A stretch of 64,000 nt of DNA, taken from NCBI GenBank assembly GCA_023038255.1, contig CP082927.1:18436-82435 (forward strand), read 5' to 3'. Below the pieces are notes generated by a model. It saw nothing but the letters and a program-made list of their open reading frames with translations, was not told the DNA's origin and ran no database searches. This DNA comes from Candidatus Peribacteria bacterium. Its GTDB lineage: Bacteria; Patescibacteriota; Gracilibacteria; Peribacterales; Peribacteraceae. The position numbers and the translations under genes were made by a program. The stretch's first letter is position 1; each line of letters starts with the position of its first letter. Of the stretch, positions 62,674 to 64,000 are shown one piece after another.

Positions 62674-63963
62674 TCAGGAGACGTGATAGCGCAGTGTCCA
62701 CTTCCCGCTTTCACGCGTCCAGAGATGCGGGTCGCGGAAGGAGTCGACTGTCGCATGGAATTCCTCTTCGGAGATGGAAATGTATTCCAGAAAATCTTTG
62801 AAGTATCGATTCGGAAATTCGCCGTCAAAACGCTGTACCAGTGAGACGCCTTCTGCGCGTGTAATGTCATGGTGCCGGATTTCCTGCGATGCATCGTGCG
62901 TTGCGCGTCCGTATCCGAATTTGATGTACGAGGTGTAGTAGAAAAAATCATCCGTCTTGTCGTCCAGACTGTTGTATTTGCTGTAGGTGCCCGGCGTCCG
63001 TTCGGGTGCGGCTTCAAATCCGCAGTGTTCGGAAGCGTAGTAGTATGCGCCCTGCGGATGCCATTGCAGATAGGCACCCAGATAATGAAACGCGACACCG
63101 GTTTTTTGGATCGCTTCCGGGTCTGCCGGAAAGTATGGTTCCAGCTGTCCGAGCGGAATGCCCTGCTCGACGTACGCAGCGACTGGCACGCCACCCAGAT
63201 ACAGTTCATCCAGATTTTCCCCATGCAGATACTGCAGGCGGTAGCCTTCATTCTGGCGGGGGTCTTCTGTGAATGTTTTCTGATCGATAGAAATATTGGC
63301 GCCGTATTCTCCGGGATTTTCTCCCATGAAAATAAGGGGGATGTCGTACTGCAGCGCTGTTTTTACGGCATGGATTTTCTGTCCGATGATGAAGGGTTGA
63401 AACGGGTGCAGCAGATGGAGAAATGCGTTCCGGGTGAGGAGCCTGTGCAGAGTGGGATTGGGTGTGAAGAGACTGTTGTCTGCGCCACAGGTGCGGTTCC
63501 AGCTCTGAAAATTTTTCCAGCCGATGTCGGTATAGATATGCGGTGCCCAGGTGACGGTCAGCGGGTGCATGCCGTATTTGTATTTGAGGACATGTGCCGC
63601 ATAGCAGCTGTCTTTGCCGCCGCTTCCCGGAACAAGAACATCGTATCGGCCATCTGTTCTGCGGTGCCGGTCGAGAAGTTCACGGAGCTCGCGCTCGCGT
63701 TCCTTCCAGTCAATGCGTCCGTCAAATTTTGCCTCGCAAAAACGACAGGCAGCGCAGACGCCGTCTGCATCAAAATCAATATAGGTATGTCTATGGCGGG
63801 TGTGGTGTTTGTATTCGTTGGTGGAAGACGGACGGGTGTTGGGCATGACGCACTTTTTGCAGAAGACGACGTCCTGCGGCATGCCATACAGTGGAAGGGT
63901 GTCAGTCATTGGGAAAGGAGTGTGCCATTCATGCGTGCCCTGCGCCAGCAAACGCAGCGCCAT
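62674..63963 (-). CDS. N-acetyl sugar amidotransferase (PP-loop, WbuX/PseA-like)
   Basis: CKKCVMPNTRPS...DGVCAAC zinc ribbon and SGGKDS PP-loop. Confidence 0.85.
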   Translation of the reverse strand: MALRLLAQGTHEWHTPFPMTDTLPLYGMPQDVVFCKKCVMPNTRPSSTNEYKHHTRHRHTYIDFDADGVCAACRFCEAKFDGRIDWKERERELRELLDRHRRTDGRYDVLVPGSGGKDSCYAAHVLKYKYGMHPLTVTWAPHIYTDIGWKNFQSWNRTCGADNSLFTPNPTLHRLLTRNAFLHLLHPFQPFIIGQKIHAVKTALQYDIPLIFMGENPGEYGANISIDQKTFTEDPRQNEGYRLQYLHGENLDELYLGGVPVAAYVEQGIPLGQLEPYFPADPEAIQKTGVAFHYLGAYLQWHPQGAYYYASEHCGFEAAPERTPGTYSKYNSLDDKTDDFFYYTSYIKFGYGRATHDASQEIRHHDITRAEGVSLVQRFDGEFPNRYFKDFLEYISISEEEFHATVDSFRDPHLWTRESGKWTLRYHVS

Positions 63964-64000
63964 TTAGCGCATCTCTGAGCGAACCGATCGTCCATGTTCC
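63964..64000 (-). CDS. 3' end of an upstream minus-strand gene (fragment, unidentified)
   Basis: Open frame ...EHGRSVRSEMR ends at TAA 63964-63966, directly abutting ATG 63963. Confidence 0.3.
   Translation of the reverse strand, partial: EHGRSVRSEMR

Noticed and set aside
62869-63978. 369-aa ORF antisense to the amidotransferase gene
   Set aside because: It is a shadow ORF. The PP-loop and zinc-ribbon motifs are on the minus strand.

Overview
Gene-dense 64-kb chromosomal window with coding on both strands and the standard genetic code. Hand-counted 60-nt lines are mostly about 47-62% GC. I can support about 60 protein genes, tRNA-Thr(UGU), tRNA-Arg(CCU), RNase P RNA, several intrinsic terminators and a set of promoter-like elements.

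Core genes: pyrB (cut by the window edge), pyrC, pyrF, RNase J, smpB, recR, nusA, secA, holB, murA, tsaB, comM, yraN, zwf and pgl.

Envelope genes:
- a type IV pilus locus: pilD, then receiver - pilB - pilC - six pilin-like genes - histidine kinase
- two SLH-domain proteins
- three glycosylation clusters, one with a nonulosonic-acid-type module (CMP-sugar synthetase, N-acetyl sugar amidotransferase)

No rRNA, CRISPR, transposase or integrase was recognised. The repertoire resembles CPR/Patescibacteria-type genomes, but that is inference only.

Most notable observations:
1. An exosortase/archaeosortase-like membrane protein with one adjacent cargo carrying a non-canonical C-terminal sorting tail. 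The pair forms a unit closed downstream by a terminator, near an AT-rich segment beside tRNA-Arg.
2. Tandem heptanucleotide arrays (GGGTTAT/TGGTTAT/GGGTGAT and GATTGAG/GAATGAG flavours). They sit at gene boundaries, flank single genes as inverted repeats, and lie in frame inside secA and tsaB.
3. A GNAT gene flanked by a ~60-nt duplication of the zwf 3' end.
4. A promoter- and terminator-bounded ~140-nt candidate RNA divergent from smpB.
5. An SLH protein ending in a pilin head domain.
6. -10 boxes only 6-10 nt from start codons, suggesting frequent leaderless mRNAs.
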